Assembly: GCA_964658305.1 (NCBI GenBank)
Contig: OZ210885.1
Location: 25,296,001 to 25,360,000, forward strand
Source: Leptogorgia sarmentosa
Lineage: Eukaryota
Length of the DNA: 64,000 nt
Direction: 5' to 3'
Made by a program: the position numbers and the translations under genes. Positions 39,001 through 50,976 of the stretch are shown piece after piece. Numbering within the stretch: position 1 is the first letter of the stretch; every line of letters begins with the position of its first letter. The notes beneath the pieces were generated by a model. The model saw only the letters and a program-made list of their open reading frames with translations. It was not told the origin of the DNA and did not search any database.

Positions 39001-40577
39001 AATGTATAGCTGCACAAGAATGTTTTAAATTTTCAGCACACCTTGTAACAATTGAGTTACCTTGTTCTCCTTCACTTTCTTCTGAATGCATATAGTCAGT
39101 TATTGGAACTTGCACAGGACTATCACAACTATAGATTTCAGAAACATTATATAAGGATCGTTGACAAGTAGATTTTGAAACAGGGAGTTGTTGCATGATT
39201 CTTTCAACACCCCACCCCATCGTGGACCATTTCAATTTTTTTTTAAATGTTCTGCAAAAGGGGGAGGGGTTAGTCTTGAATCCACGATTTCAAAAATGAA
39301 CAGAACAAATACACACTTTAATGCCTAATCAGCTGTTGATCCGGTTTATGATATGGGCTGGGAGGGGGGGGGGGGGGGGAACAAGTCCAACTGGTGGACT
39401 AAATATATTTGTTGATGCCCCTAATTGTATAGTAATTGTATATATTATATACTGAAGATACTCTAATATCTTATTTTATTGACTGTATGAAATTATGAAC
39501 TAACCTGTCAGTAGATACATGCTGTCTTGAAGGGCCACCACCACATATTTGCTGATGATCTTTTATTGCAGACATCATTATCTCATCATTGCAGTTGACA
39601 CATCGGACTTTTGGTGAGCAATACAACTCCTTAAAAGTGCAAATAAAACTATTTTTAACATTCTCTAAAACCCTATACTCGTTATTTATATAGACTAACC
39701 CATATTAAGACATGGGTTGGAAGTGTTATAAAGTTTCTGTAAAGGATTAACATTGCAACATCCTATTGTACATGCATACCTACAAAATAATAGCAGATGT
39801 GCACCGTACCTGAGCCACTTCATTATCATTTAACTTTATATCCTGTTGGAGGGGTCTCAAGAATGCTTTAGCTTGACCAAGTGCACTCTTCAAAAAATTG
39901 ACATCATACCCCATTGGAGGACAAGGCACATTTATCAATGTTTTTGAGTTTCCATCAGATGTGCGTAGAATTTCATATCCCCCTCCATCCATGAGGCTGG
40001 GGAAAGTTTCCAGTAACTTCTCGTGGACATGTGATGAGTCGCCATTTTTTAATAACGTTATTTTTTGTTCTCCCAATCCTGCCAAACTTAGTCTGATTCT
40101 TTCAGCAGCACTTGGAGGACTGCACTGATTTACTTTACTCAAACAAACAAATGCTTTGGTGAATGTATTTTTTTTAAGACTTGCCTTCGAATAGGGTGTG
40201 GTTGTGTTTCGAACATTTTTATAACTGGCACTGGCAGCACGAGAAACATGTGATTGTCTAGATCTAGTTGCAGCAGGAGGTCGATAACCAAATATACGTC
40301 AATGTTCTTGCAATGCCGACGATAAGGTAGACGTCTGAACACCTGGGGCAGCGGGTACAGGTGGGGCAACTGGTGTTGGGGTGCCAGAAGACACAGGGAT
40401 TGCTGAACTTGGAAGTGGCAGTTGCACGATTGTTGAAGTGGCAGATGCACCATTCGCGGGAACATTAATACTGCCACGGACAGGTGTCGAAGCTGGTGTT
40501 TGCCCAGCAGGAAAAGAAACGATGCCATTAGCAGCTGAAATGAGTCTTTCGGCGCAATCTCGCATAATATTTTCCAT
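36060..40577 (-). pseudogene. HECT E3 ligase gene of element 2 (UBZ-like + CUE-like + HECT), disrupted
   Basis: Exons include 40577-39810 (TGA at 40299), 39629-39505 (CVNC-x11-H-x3-C), 39128-39061, 38954-38835 (IFPNLE..INKAVDIVL) and one from 38165 (ITFSNQPAIDTGGVCREFF..IGKMIAHSV); later LDQLKEGL. The catalytic-Cys segment was not found. Confidence 0.8.
36892..37855. mobile_element. 964-bp non-autonomous TIR element inside a HECT exon
   Basis: 284-bp TIRs at 36892-37175 and 37572-37855, CAC..GTG ends, 7-bp TSD ATGCCAG. Removing it restores IVFSGIIEAIGK. Confidence 0.9.
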
Positions 40578-41239
40578 TTTACCGTCTAGTATAAAAGCTT
40601 CTTTTAAATAACATGAATAATTATGAAATCACTGTGTGAGAACACGAAAAATCGTCCAGGAACTCAATTCTCAATAAAACTCATTTATGGAAAACTTGAT
40701 GTAATTTTACTCAAAATAAACACATTGCGGGCTCAATTCACCAAGGTCGCAAGGCATTATCGAAGAATTTATATAATTGACGAATTCATTAAAATTGTTC
40801 TATAGTTACGTTTCGACAAATTCGAATAATTAAACGAATTTTTATTCGATAAATTCATGTATAAACGGCAAATTGTTATCCTTCGCGTAGAAGTATCGAT
40901 AAATTTACAACAGTATATTTTGAACCTAAAAAAGCACCATACACTTCTGACCATTCGTTCCCACATACTCCTGTGCAAAGGAGCCTTTTTCGAAATAAAT
41001 TCCCATGTAACTCCTTGATTTGTTAAATAACGTTCCACACTCGCACCCCGAGTAATTGTTCGTAATTCCTTAGCCGCCGCCTTGAAGGTCTTTGCATTAT
41101 CGGATATAAGCTTCCTAGGCAGTCCTCGTCTAGTAACAAACCGACGAAATGCCAGCAGAAATAGCTTAGCGAACATATTCTTGAGCAATTCTAGATGTAT
41201 TGCGCGAGTTAATGCGCAGGTAAACAAGCATACAGTATG

Positions 41240-42869
41240 AACTATGGTGGAAAATGGTAAACAAAATGTCGGGGAAACCTGAGAAAATCAGAGCTTTTTC
41301 CCTGGAGCGTGACGGTATAATTTTGAACGGTGATAGTCTCGCATCCGCCCTCAACGAATTCTACGTGTCCGTTAATTCAGATATCCCACCCCTCGACAAT
41401 AACTCTTTGCCGGCGTTCCTACCCTCAAGAAACGACATCCCTGGTATTCAACCCCATGAAGTTTGTAACAAACTCTGTGCACTTCCAACCCACAAAGCAA
41501 CAGGCCCCGACGAAATCCCAAACCGAATTCTGAAAGAGTTCGCTTTTATTCTAGCAGAACCAATCGCTACCATTTTTAATAAATCACTCTCTTCTAGTAC
41601 CGTTCCAAAAATCTGGAAAGAAGCAAACGTCATTCCAATCCCGAAGATCAATCAACCAGAGAGCGAAAGCGACACTAGACCTATATCCCTTACCCCAGGC
41701 CTATCTAAAGTCCTGGAAGACTTTGTGGTCAGATGGATGTTGGATGACCTAAATGGAAAGATCGACCCTTGCCAATTCGGTTGCCTAAAAGGCCTATCGA
41801 CTACTTACTGTCTCCTTGACATGATCCATACTTGGTTATCCCACCTTGATTCACAGAATAAACATATTCGCATCTGCTTTTTGGACTTCTCGAAAGCCTT
41901 TGATCGAATCGGCTATAATATTCTTATTGACAAACTGATCGACCTGGGTGTTAGAAGATCTCTTATTCCATGGATAATTAATTTCCTAACAAACCAAAGA
42001 CAACGAGTAAAAATTGGTAGATCACTTTCTAATTGGCTCCCTGTGACAGCTGGGGTCCCCCAAGGAACCAAACTAGGCCCTATTTTATTCCTCGTCATGG
42101 TTAACGATTTGAAGATAAGCTCACCTGATACGAAAGTGTGGAAGTTTGTAGACGATTGCACGGTGTCCAAACACCTTACTAGGAATATACCGTCAGCTAC
42201 TCAACCAACCCTCATCGAATCATGGTGTTCCAACAATTGGATGATTCTTAACCCAATAAAATGTAAAGAACTTAGAATATGCTACCTGAAAAGGTCCGTC
42301 GAACTCCAACCCTTAACAATCGCAGGACGCGAACTAGAAATAGTTCAATCCCACAAAGCATTAGGCTTAATCATTCAAAACAATCTGAAATGGGACAAAC
42401 ATATTCGATCCATAATCGCGAAAGGTTCCAAACGTTTGCACATCCTCAGAATTTTGCGACGGAGCGGCATCCTACCAGCTGACCTCATTAAAATATATTC
42501 CGCCCTGATTCACTCCATTTTGAATATAGTTGCGAAGTTTGGAGTAATTCATTGCCTCAAAATCATTCTGACGAATTGGAAGGTCTACAAAAGCGAGCAA
42601 TGCGTATTATATTTCCTGGTCATCCCTACAAAGAAGCATTGGTGATGACGGGTTGCAAAAGATTAGATAATAGACGAAACACAATCTGTGTAAAATCTTT
42701 GGAAAAAATTATTAAACATGGCCCCCTAAAGGAACACGTATTGCAAACCAGAGCAACTGCTCACCAACACAATACCAGGAATTCAAACGACTTATCATTA
42801 TACAAGTGTAGAACAGAACGCTTCAAAAACAGCTTCTTCCCAAGCACAATAGCAATGATAAATAAGTAG
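41240..42869 (+). mobile_element. 5'-truncated CR1-group LINE reverse transcriptase
   Basis: KATGPDEIP, RPISLT, QFG, LDFSKAFD, GVPQGTKLGP and KFVDD motifs; frameshift at about 42520. Confidence 0.9.
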
Positions 42870-42946
42870 TTACAAATAGAAAACTCTTTAATCGTTTTCT
42901 TATTTCCATTTTAAAATAATTTTTAGCATAACTTTTATTACTCATA

Positions 42947-43383
42947 CCGTATTTACTCGTTTGAGCGCCGCCCCCGATTGAGCGCCGCCCCCGATTGAGC
43001 GCCGCCCCCGAATGAGCGCCGCATTTCAGCTCAAATTTGTTTAGAGTGCCGCCCCTGAATGAACGCCGCACTAAAAATTTTGAAATGTGGCGCTTAATCG
43101 ATGCACTGTCAGAATCGTTAAAGAAGCGAATAAAAAACAACAACAACTTAAATCAACCTCGGAAATTTATTTTCTTGTATTAAAATGCTTTATAATTCAA
43201 AATGAGTGTACTTTAAAGCTCTTTTACACTTATATTTTATTGTAAAAAGTTGTTGTTATATTTCACAAATAAAATATTTTTTAAAGAGCGCCGCCCCCGA
43301 TTAAGCGCCGCCCCCGAATGAGCGCCGCATCAGAAGCTCTCAAAATTTAAAGAGCGCCACGGCGCTCAAACGAGTAAATACGG
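42947..43383. mobile_element. pogo/Tigger-like MITE
   Basis: 24-bp TIR CCGTATTTACTCGTTTGAGCGCCG, TA on both sides, internal GAGCGCCGCCCCCG repeats. Confidence 0.85.
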
Positions 43384-43647
43384 TATGTACAATGTAAAAT
43401 ATTCCATCTTTATAACTTTCTTAAACTTTCTTTCCTAACCCTAACCCTAAACCATCAATCAATCAAAGCATACAGAATGAACTACGCTAATAGTTAAATC
43501 TGACTTGTTAAACAATACGTTCAATAGACAAGCTCTAGACGCAGAAATCTCAACCATCTTTAATGAACAACACTATAAAGCCACTAGAAACATTAAAAAG
43601 GTTAAACACTTCAACTACACATGATATATTCATGGTAGTATATATTC

Positions 43648-46600
43648 CATAACCTTTCAGGATCAGGACAAATGGTGCCTTCTTCGATAACGTAACCGAG
43701 TAACGGCAGTCGACGGGTGGAGAATACACTGTTACTATCATTAAACTTGAGATTGACATCTTGTGCAGCATCCAAAAAGGCCTTCAGGTTGATATCATGA
43801 TCGGACTGGTTATGTCCACAGATAGTCATGTTATCTAGGTAGGGAAAAACCCCTTTCAGCCGATAGTCTTCGATTAGTCTCATCATCTCTCGTTGGAAAC
43901 AGGCTACACCATTAGTTACTCCAAACGGCAACCGGGTAAATTGGTAAAGACCACCCTTAGCTTCAAACGCAGTATAGGGCTTATCTTCCTCTTTCAGTGG
44001 TATCTGATGATAAGCACTTTTCAAGTCGAGAGTACTAAAAACTCTATACTGGGCAATTTCATTGATAGTGTCACTGATTTGTGGTAATGGGAACGTGTCA
44101 AACTGAGTAAATCGGTTGATAGTCTGGGAGTAGTCTATAGCTAAACGTTTTTTGTGATTCTCGTCTTTCGTAACAAGTACTTGTGCTCGCCATGGAGTTC
44201 GATGATACCTTCTTTCAGTAGTCACTCCACTTCTTCACTGATGAATCTTTGGTCTTCTGCACTGTAGCGTCTATAATGTTTGTCTCTTTCATATTTTCTA
44301 GTATCTTACAACGTTCTTGCTTCGACATATCCTATTGAATAATCCTTACTGTTCACCAAAGTTTATATAGTCTTATTATTTGCATAATTATACTTGCTAT
44401 ATGTAAATGTCAAATTACTATAAACATTACATTCCTCCCTACGTCGGAAGAACAGTTCCTATGACTACCTTTTTTTTGTTAGTTTCAAATTTTTGCCAAA
44501 ATAGAAAGTTAATTAACTAGTTTAACGTACGGCAAAGTATCTCAATGTTATATAACCAAAACGTCTCTCAAACGTTCCTGAGAAGTTATTTAACGTAGTC
44601 TTTGAAGCGTTCTGGTGGTCTTCTTGAACTTCGCAATGGGTACCTTCGCGAGTTTTCTTCGTTCTGACCATCACTTGACATTTCGACTGTTTGTGGTGAT
44701 TCTGCTACTTGTTCTCCTTCAACACTGATGGGTTTGAAAAACGAGGAATTCCGAGTTATTGTCTTGTCATCACGACTTGCTGTTACCATGGAGCCTTTTC
44801 GCTCGGTTACAAAATACAGTGTCGGATCATATGGTGTGGTCGACTTCTTATGCGACGGGTCGCGTCTCACGATGACTTGGTCGCCTTTCGAGATTTTAGA
44901 AGGTTTTACATACGCTTTCGTATCTGCATTCTTCTTCATATTCTTCTTGGCTTGTTCATCTCGTTCGCGAATGCGTGCTGGATCAACAGGTGTAGTGGGA
45001 AATCCACCTTCGGGAAGCTTGGTGCGCATCGGTCTGTTGAACAACACCATGGCCGGGGCTTGACCAGTTGAACAATGTGGCGTTGCCCTATAATTACGCA
45101 AAAATTTACAGAGTTCTTCCTTCCACGGTCGACAAAGGCGTTATCTTTCGATGTCGAAACCCTAATGTGTCTGCGAACTGCTTGAAATCACTTCCATTGA
45201 ACGGTGGACCGTTATCAGACTTGACAACCACGGGCACGCAATATTCTGCAAAGATCTTATCCATGTGAGGAATTACCACAGTCGCAGAAACCGAACATAC
45301 GACATCAACCACAGGGTATCTCGAGTAGTCATCAGTAATCACGAGCAAGTATCCTCCAGTTGAAAGTTCTTTAAAGTCTACGCTAACCTCCTGCCATACA
45401 GTATCGGGACGTGGCGACATTTTCAACGGTTCACGTCGTGCATCAGGCGTTGCTGCTTGACACATAATACAGGATTTCACCTTCTTCTCTGTCAGATCGT
45501 TAATACCAGCAAACCAGACTTTTTCTCGTAAAAGGGCTTTAGTTTTCACTATTCCCTGATGTCCTTCATGAGCCAGATCCACTACGTGTTTTTGCATGTC
45601 TTCTGGGATGACATTATATGTCAGGCAAACAGTCAGTTCATCTTTAACCTTTTCTATCGCGTTATAAACTGCCGTATTAATTCCCTGACGCTTTCCCGGC
45701 TTGTGCCAATTTCCAGTTTGTATGGCTTCAGTTACAGCTTGCAAAGTTTGATCTCTCTGAGTAGCTGACTGTATGTCTTCGAGTTTGAGAGCATTGGGTG
45801 TTGATGTTTGCGCTAGATAATCCACGAATTCCTCCGCGACTTTTCCCTGTCTACTTGTGGCCATCTTACGCTTCGACGGGTGTCTTGACATGTAGTCGGC
45901 AGGATTATTCTCTCCTTTCTTATAAACAACAGTAATCTGGTATGGCTGTAATCGCAGAGCCCATCTCTCAATTCTAACAGGTGGCTTTGACTGTGGATTC
46001 CCATAGATGGCAACAAGAGGCTTGTGATCAGTGTAAATGGTTACCGGCTTTCCATAGATGTATAGGTGGAAATATTCGCACGCCCATACCACCGCGAGGG
46101 CTTCACGCTCTGTCTGGCTATATCTCTGTTCAGTATCCGAGAGAGATCTGCTGGCGTAGGCCACGACATGATGATTGCCACCATTCCGGTCTGTTTGAGC
46201 TAATATGGCTGCCACTCCGACTGGACTTGCGTCGACACAAATCTCGGTATGCTTGTTTGGATCAAAGTAAGCAGTAACAGGCCCTGCCGTCAAGGCATCT
46301 TTTAGCTTGGCTAAGGCTTGCTCGTGAAGATCGGTCCACTTCCATGGCGTGTTCTTGTGAATAAGTTGGCGAAGTGGTTGTGTAAGAGTTGCGTAGTCGG
46401 GTATAAACCTCGAACAATAGTTCGTCATGCCTAACAAACTTCGAACTTCAGATGCGTTAGAGGGAACTTCTAAATTGACGATTTCTTCTACTTTCTCAGG
46501 GTCAGCGGATACACCTTGATCTGAAAAGACATAAAAAAAACCCGAGGCTACTTTGAGAATACACACACTTCTCTGGATTCAACGTTAGTCCTTTCTCTCG

Positions 46601-49325
46601 GAGGCGCTGAAACGTTGCTGCCAAAGCTGTATCATGATCTTCTTGACTGCTCCCATACACAAGAATATCATCACTGATGTTGGTTACCCCTGGTATTCCG
46701 CTCAGTGTCTCCCGAATAACGTTCTGGAATATTTCCGCTGCACTTGAAACACCGAAATTCAGACGAGTAAATCTACGAAGACCAAGGTGCGTGCTAAACG
46801 TCGTGATATAACGGGAGTCGGGCGCCAGTTCCAATTGATTATAGCCTTGGTTGAGATCCAGCTTTGTAAAGACTCTTGCGCCGTTTAAGTCTCCGATTAT
46901 TTCTTTGACCGTTGGTGTGATATGCCTTTCACGCTGGATAGCCTGATTTGCACGTCTCATGTCCACGCACACTCTTATCTTTCCGGGCTGCTTCGGTTTT
47001 GGTGCCACCACGACTGGTGATACCCAATATTAACGTGTGCGCTTTTCAGAACTGGGCGCGGCTGTATTTGTTGATAATCGTGTTCGTCCAAGATATTTAT
47101 ACTTGAACCAGAATCAGCCATTACAGACATCTTTGTACCGTTGATTTCCACGTCAAAAAGCGGATGCTTCGTACTATCTTGCTTGACGCTGTGTACTGTA
47201 ATATTGAACAAATCATGCTCATCACTTTCGCTGTCTTCACTGACGTTTCGTACGGCGCGATGCTGTCCCCCTGAAGTATGTTTTGACTTTCCCATATTAG
47301 GACGTATAACTGGTTCACTGCGACAAACCGCCTGAAAATGGTTCATCTTGCCACACTTTCGGCATTGTTTACCATATGCAGGACAGAATGTTCTGCCGCC
47401 CCTATGCGGATAAGAACGATCACAATTTCTGCATTTCGACGTTGACTCTTTGGGAAATTCTTCTTTCTTGATTGACTTTGATCGGTTGTTGTTCTGTTTA
47501 CCACCTGTAAACTTGTTGACATGATGCTGCGAGTCAGACGATTTTTCAAGCGCTCTTGCTTGTTGCTCAGCCAACTCCATTGCTTTGCCCTCTCTGAGAA
47601 GCTCTTCGAGTTTCATGTCCGGGCTGCTTAGCGCTTTCCGGCGTAACTTCGCGGAAGAACACTTCAGTATAATTTGGGACTTGATTTCACGGTCAAGGTC
47701 CCCGAATTCACATGTTAATACCAGTTGTCTAAGACGGGTATAAAATGCCATAAATGTTTCATCACTTTGTTGCTTCGCTTGTCTGAATTGGTATTCTTCG
47801 TATGCTAAGTTTTGTTTCGGTTGAAAATAGTTTGTTAGTGCATCGATCGCCTTTTCTAACGGGTCTTCGTCTTTATCAGCAGTTGCTTCAGGTAATATAT
47901 CAAGAATATCACTAACTTCTTCTCCAGCGAAGTGCAACAGAAGGGCCTTTTGTCTTGCCGGGTCTCTAATGTCAAGCGCTACGATTAGGTTTTTAAAACG
48001 TGCTACATATTTCTTCCAGCGTGTCCCTGGAGCGCCTAATTCTGGGTTTGGATCGAAGCTAGGAAACGGTGGAAGTGCACTCGCCATAACGCTTCGCTGT
48101 TTTTTTTCCGTTTGTTTGGCAATCCTTCGATATCAGTATGTTTTTTTTTTCAACGACGACGACTTTTCGTTCGCGACGCTTCGGTTGGCTGAACACGTAT
48201 GTTTGTTTGTTAACTTGACTTGACAAAACCGTTCCTGTTTGTACTAAGGCCGTTGTGTTTAACCTTAGGCACCTTTTCCACATATCCTCGTCGCCAGTAT
48301 AATGTTTGTCTCTTTCATATTTTCTAGTATCTTACAACCTTCTTGCTTCGACATATCCTATTGAATAATCCTTACTGTTCACCAAAGTTTATATAGTCTT
48401 ATTATTTGCATAATTATACTTGCTATATGTAAATGTAAAATTACTATAAACATTACAGCGTCTAGATTTGGCAGCAACAGGGTGACAATCCGATGTGAGG
48501 TTTCTAAATGGCGAAGGAGGATCAATGTTTAATGATGTTAGTCCGCAGACTGACAGCGGTGCTTTCTTCCCACCATACTCAAATGTCACACTGTTATGCT
48601 GAGACTGAAAGTCAAGTCCCAAAATGAGATCAGCACATAATCTTGGCAATATAGACAAATGGAAATCCTTGTATGTAAATCCCTGGTAGTTTAGGTCGAC
48701 AGTGCAGAACCCTTCGGTTTCCACGTGCAGTGCTGATGCCGCCATTGACACAGCGCGAGATGAAGGATTAACAGAGATAGCAGCTGCTTGTACTAAACTT
48801 GGGTGAATGTAGCTTTCGCTGCTTCCACTATCAAAGAGTGCTTTGACATTCCGGTCTGAATTGACTATAACTGTCGCAGATGAGCCTTTTGCAGCCTCCG
48901 GAGTCCCAACTGAGGCAAGCGTCGGTGACCAAAGAGCAGCTGAGATATCACCCGATTTTGACGGTTTCCCTCGACAAACTTTGGCGAAATGACCCTTCAG
49001 CATCTCGAGCTGGACACTTGACACGGGGATGCTTAGCATTTCCGCAGACGAAACATTTTGGACCGTTGTTTGTTGATGTGGAAGCTACGAGAGCGGGATC
49101 AGATAGTGATGCCTCTGTGGATGTTGTTTCAGGTGATACAGCTGCAACATTGAATGGCTGAGTTGAGTAACTTTCAGAACTTCGCATGGCGGAATCAAGA
49201 GCTCTAGCTTGGTCGAACATTGTCTTTAAACCTAGAGCTTTGTTTTCTAAAAGCCGTTGGCAAATTTGATTCGATTGCAACCCAGTAATGAAGGCATCCC
49301 GGACGTACTCTTCGCAATATTTAGC
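43648..49325 (-). mobile_element. Gypsy fragment (gag end, protease, RT) hosting a nested Gypsy
   Basis: YVRDAFITGL, CFVCGNAKH, ALFDSGSSES, LDLKSAYHQI and PYLDN motifs. AAKSRR joins YSAEDQRFI across the nested element. Confidence 0.85.
44272..48457 (-). mobile_element. Gypsy LTR retrotransposon with both LTRs, internally disrupted
   Basis: 160-bp LTRs at 44272-44431 and 48298-48457 (2 differences seen); TSD GCGTC; PBS TGGCGACGAGG; PPT AGGGAGGAA. gag from 48087, then PR, RT, RH and IN with deletions and frameshifts. Confidence 0.95.
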
Positions 49326-50094
49326 AGCAGTAAAGGATAGACAACCGGATGAGTGGCAGCCAAGAGCATACATTAAGAAAATGTACAACAACGGTGAAAT
49401 AACCCTTAATGATGAGGAGCTAATTCAGCAAACGTCCAAGAAATTGAATGTTGTTCAGGCAATGGATCATTTGAGAAACCTTGAGGCCAGTAAGAGAAGA
49501 AGGGAAAAAGAAAATGAAGAGAAGAACAAGAGGAGAGTAAACATGAAATATGAGGATTATGATTGGATGGACTTAGTGGTTTCGGGAAAGATAAACAAAT
49601 TGTATTCCGCAGAGTTAGACAATTATTTAGTGAAGCATCAACTAAATACAAAATGTAGAAAGTCGGACAAAATTAAAGCTGTTACAGTTCATGCCCTAAG
49701 ATCTGGTGCTACAGAGATTGTTAAAGAGAAGAAGAACATTTACAGTAATGTTAAGCCGGTTTTCCACTAGCGATTTTTGTCGCGCGAAGCGAATATTTTC
49801 CATTGTCCTTGAGCTTTCGACTGGAACCATCTGGAACTAATTGCATCAAGACAAAAGAAAAAAATCGATTCGCGCGACAAAAGTCGCTAGTGGAAAACCG
49901 GCTTAAAGGAGTCTGGTAGTGAGAGTGACTCTGAAAGTATCATACAAAGTGACTGTAGTGATGAACTTGATGTAGTGTATAAAGGTTTAGATGATCGTGC
50001 CGATAGTGAGGATCTGGAAGAGGAGGCCCCTCTGATTGCAACAACAAGATATGGCAGGAGTACAGGAACTTTGAGGCTTGGTAAAATAATATGA
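49326..50094 (+). pseudogene. 3' part of an unidentified, probably TE-encoded ORF with a SAP-like motif and acidic tail
   Basis: DWMDLVVSGKINKLYSAELDNYLVKHQL..CRKSDKIKAV. The frame continues to TGA at 50092-50094 once the MITE is removed. Confidence 0.45.
49754..49903. mobile_element. PIF/Harbinger-type MITE
   Basis: TIR AGCCGGTTTTCCACTAGCGA.TTTTGTCGCGCGAA with TTA/TAA flanks. Confidence 0.8.
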
Positions 50095-50291
50095 AAGTAA
50101 AGGTACAAAAGTTCAAAATATATGGTAGAATAGCTGTTAGAAATTAGGTTGGGTAAATTAAAAATTCAAGCGGTGGAAAGGTTGGGTAGGAAAAAAATTG
50201 GTCAGCTAAAAGGTTGGGTGACAGATTCTTTCTCTTTTAAATTAGTTTCTCTTCGATACCAACCCCGGGTATAAATAATGAACACTCCCTA

Positions 50292-50480
50292 AGCTGCTGA
50301 GGAAAAAGAAGATTCTCTTTGATACATACTGCTGTAAGAGGCATTGGTTTTGGATGGAACAGATGTTCGAATAATTGGGAATATTTTTCCATAAGCTCGA
50401 GGACACCAAGGCTTTTCAATCCCTTGCGTATTTGGTCTAGTGCCATCTTCCGCTTGCCAACGACTTCATACTAGTCCGTA
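50292..50480 (-). pseudogene. HECT-domain relic
   Basis: EVVGKRKMALDQIRKGLKSLGVLELMEKYSQLFEHLF aligns by eye with VLNKRKVLLDQLKEGLKINGVL..HPDILAPLF of element 2. Confidence 0.65.
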
Positions 50481-50976
50481 TTCCATGTTCGGTTTTAGTT
50501 CATGTTCGTTGCCATGGTTTGGGGAATACTTTTTGAGAACAACAACAAGTAGTTTCTACCTTACCTTAAACGAATTCGGTTGTTGTCACCTCCAATGACC
50601 CGCAGTTTTTGTACAAAGTGAGCTTAAACATCAAATAAAATCGCGAATAAATAAAACAGTTCGCCATGTTGCTTTGGTTAAAATCACACTTCTGCGCAGC
50701 ATAATTAATATTCTACTAAGTAATTCTGCTGAAAGATAAGGCCGAAGGCACAAACGCAGGTAAATTTTAATTACAAAATAGTTATAAATGTAATAAATCC
50801 TCGAAAAACCGAGCTAAATGGCGAGAAGTGACAAGTGCTTAATTCATTTTAAAGGGGTGGAAGCCCCTTGACATGCTTTAGTGATATCTCGACACCGAGC
50901 AGCGAGAGGTGGCTGAGCAAACAAAAGATATTGTGGAACAATTTCAGAATTGTGATGGGTCGTTACATCTAAATAC

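Larger units (their letters stand above)
33518..40941. mobile_element. IS3EU-like DNA transposon 2, decayed (transposase + HECT gene)
   Basis: TATG...CATA ends. About 217-bp TIRs at 33518-33734 and 40726-40941. 6-bp TSD CACTCC / CACTTC (5 of 6 match). Confidence 0.9.
33246..41235 (-). pseudogene. BEL/Pao integrase fragment (41235-40942 + 33517-33246) split by IS3EU-like element 2
   Basis: FTCALTRAIHLEL..ISDNAKTF..WERMVRSV joins KRCLKKSLG..LNSRPL across the insertion. Confidence 0.85.

Noticed and set aside
43435..43452. Telomeric (TAACCC)n
   Set aside because: Only 2-3 units; too short to call an interstitial telomere.
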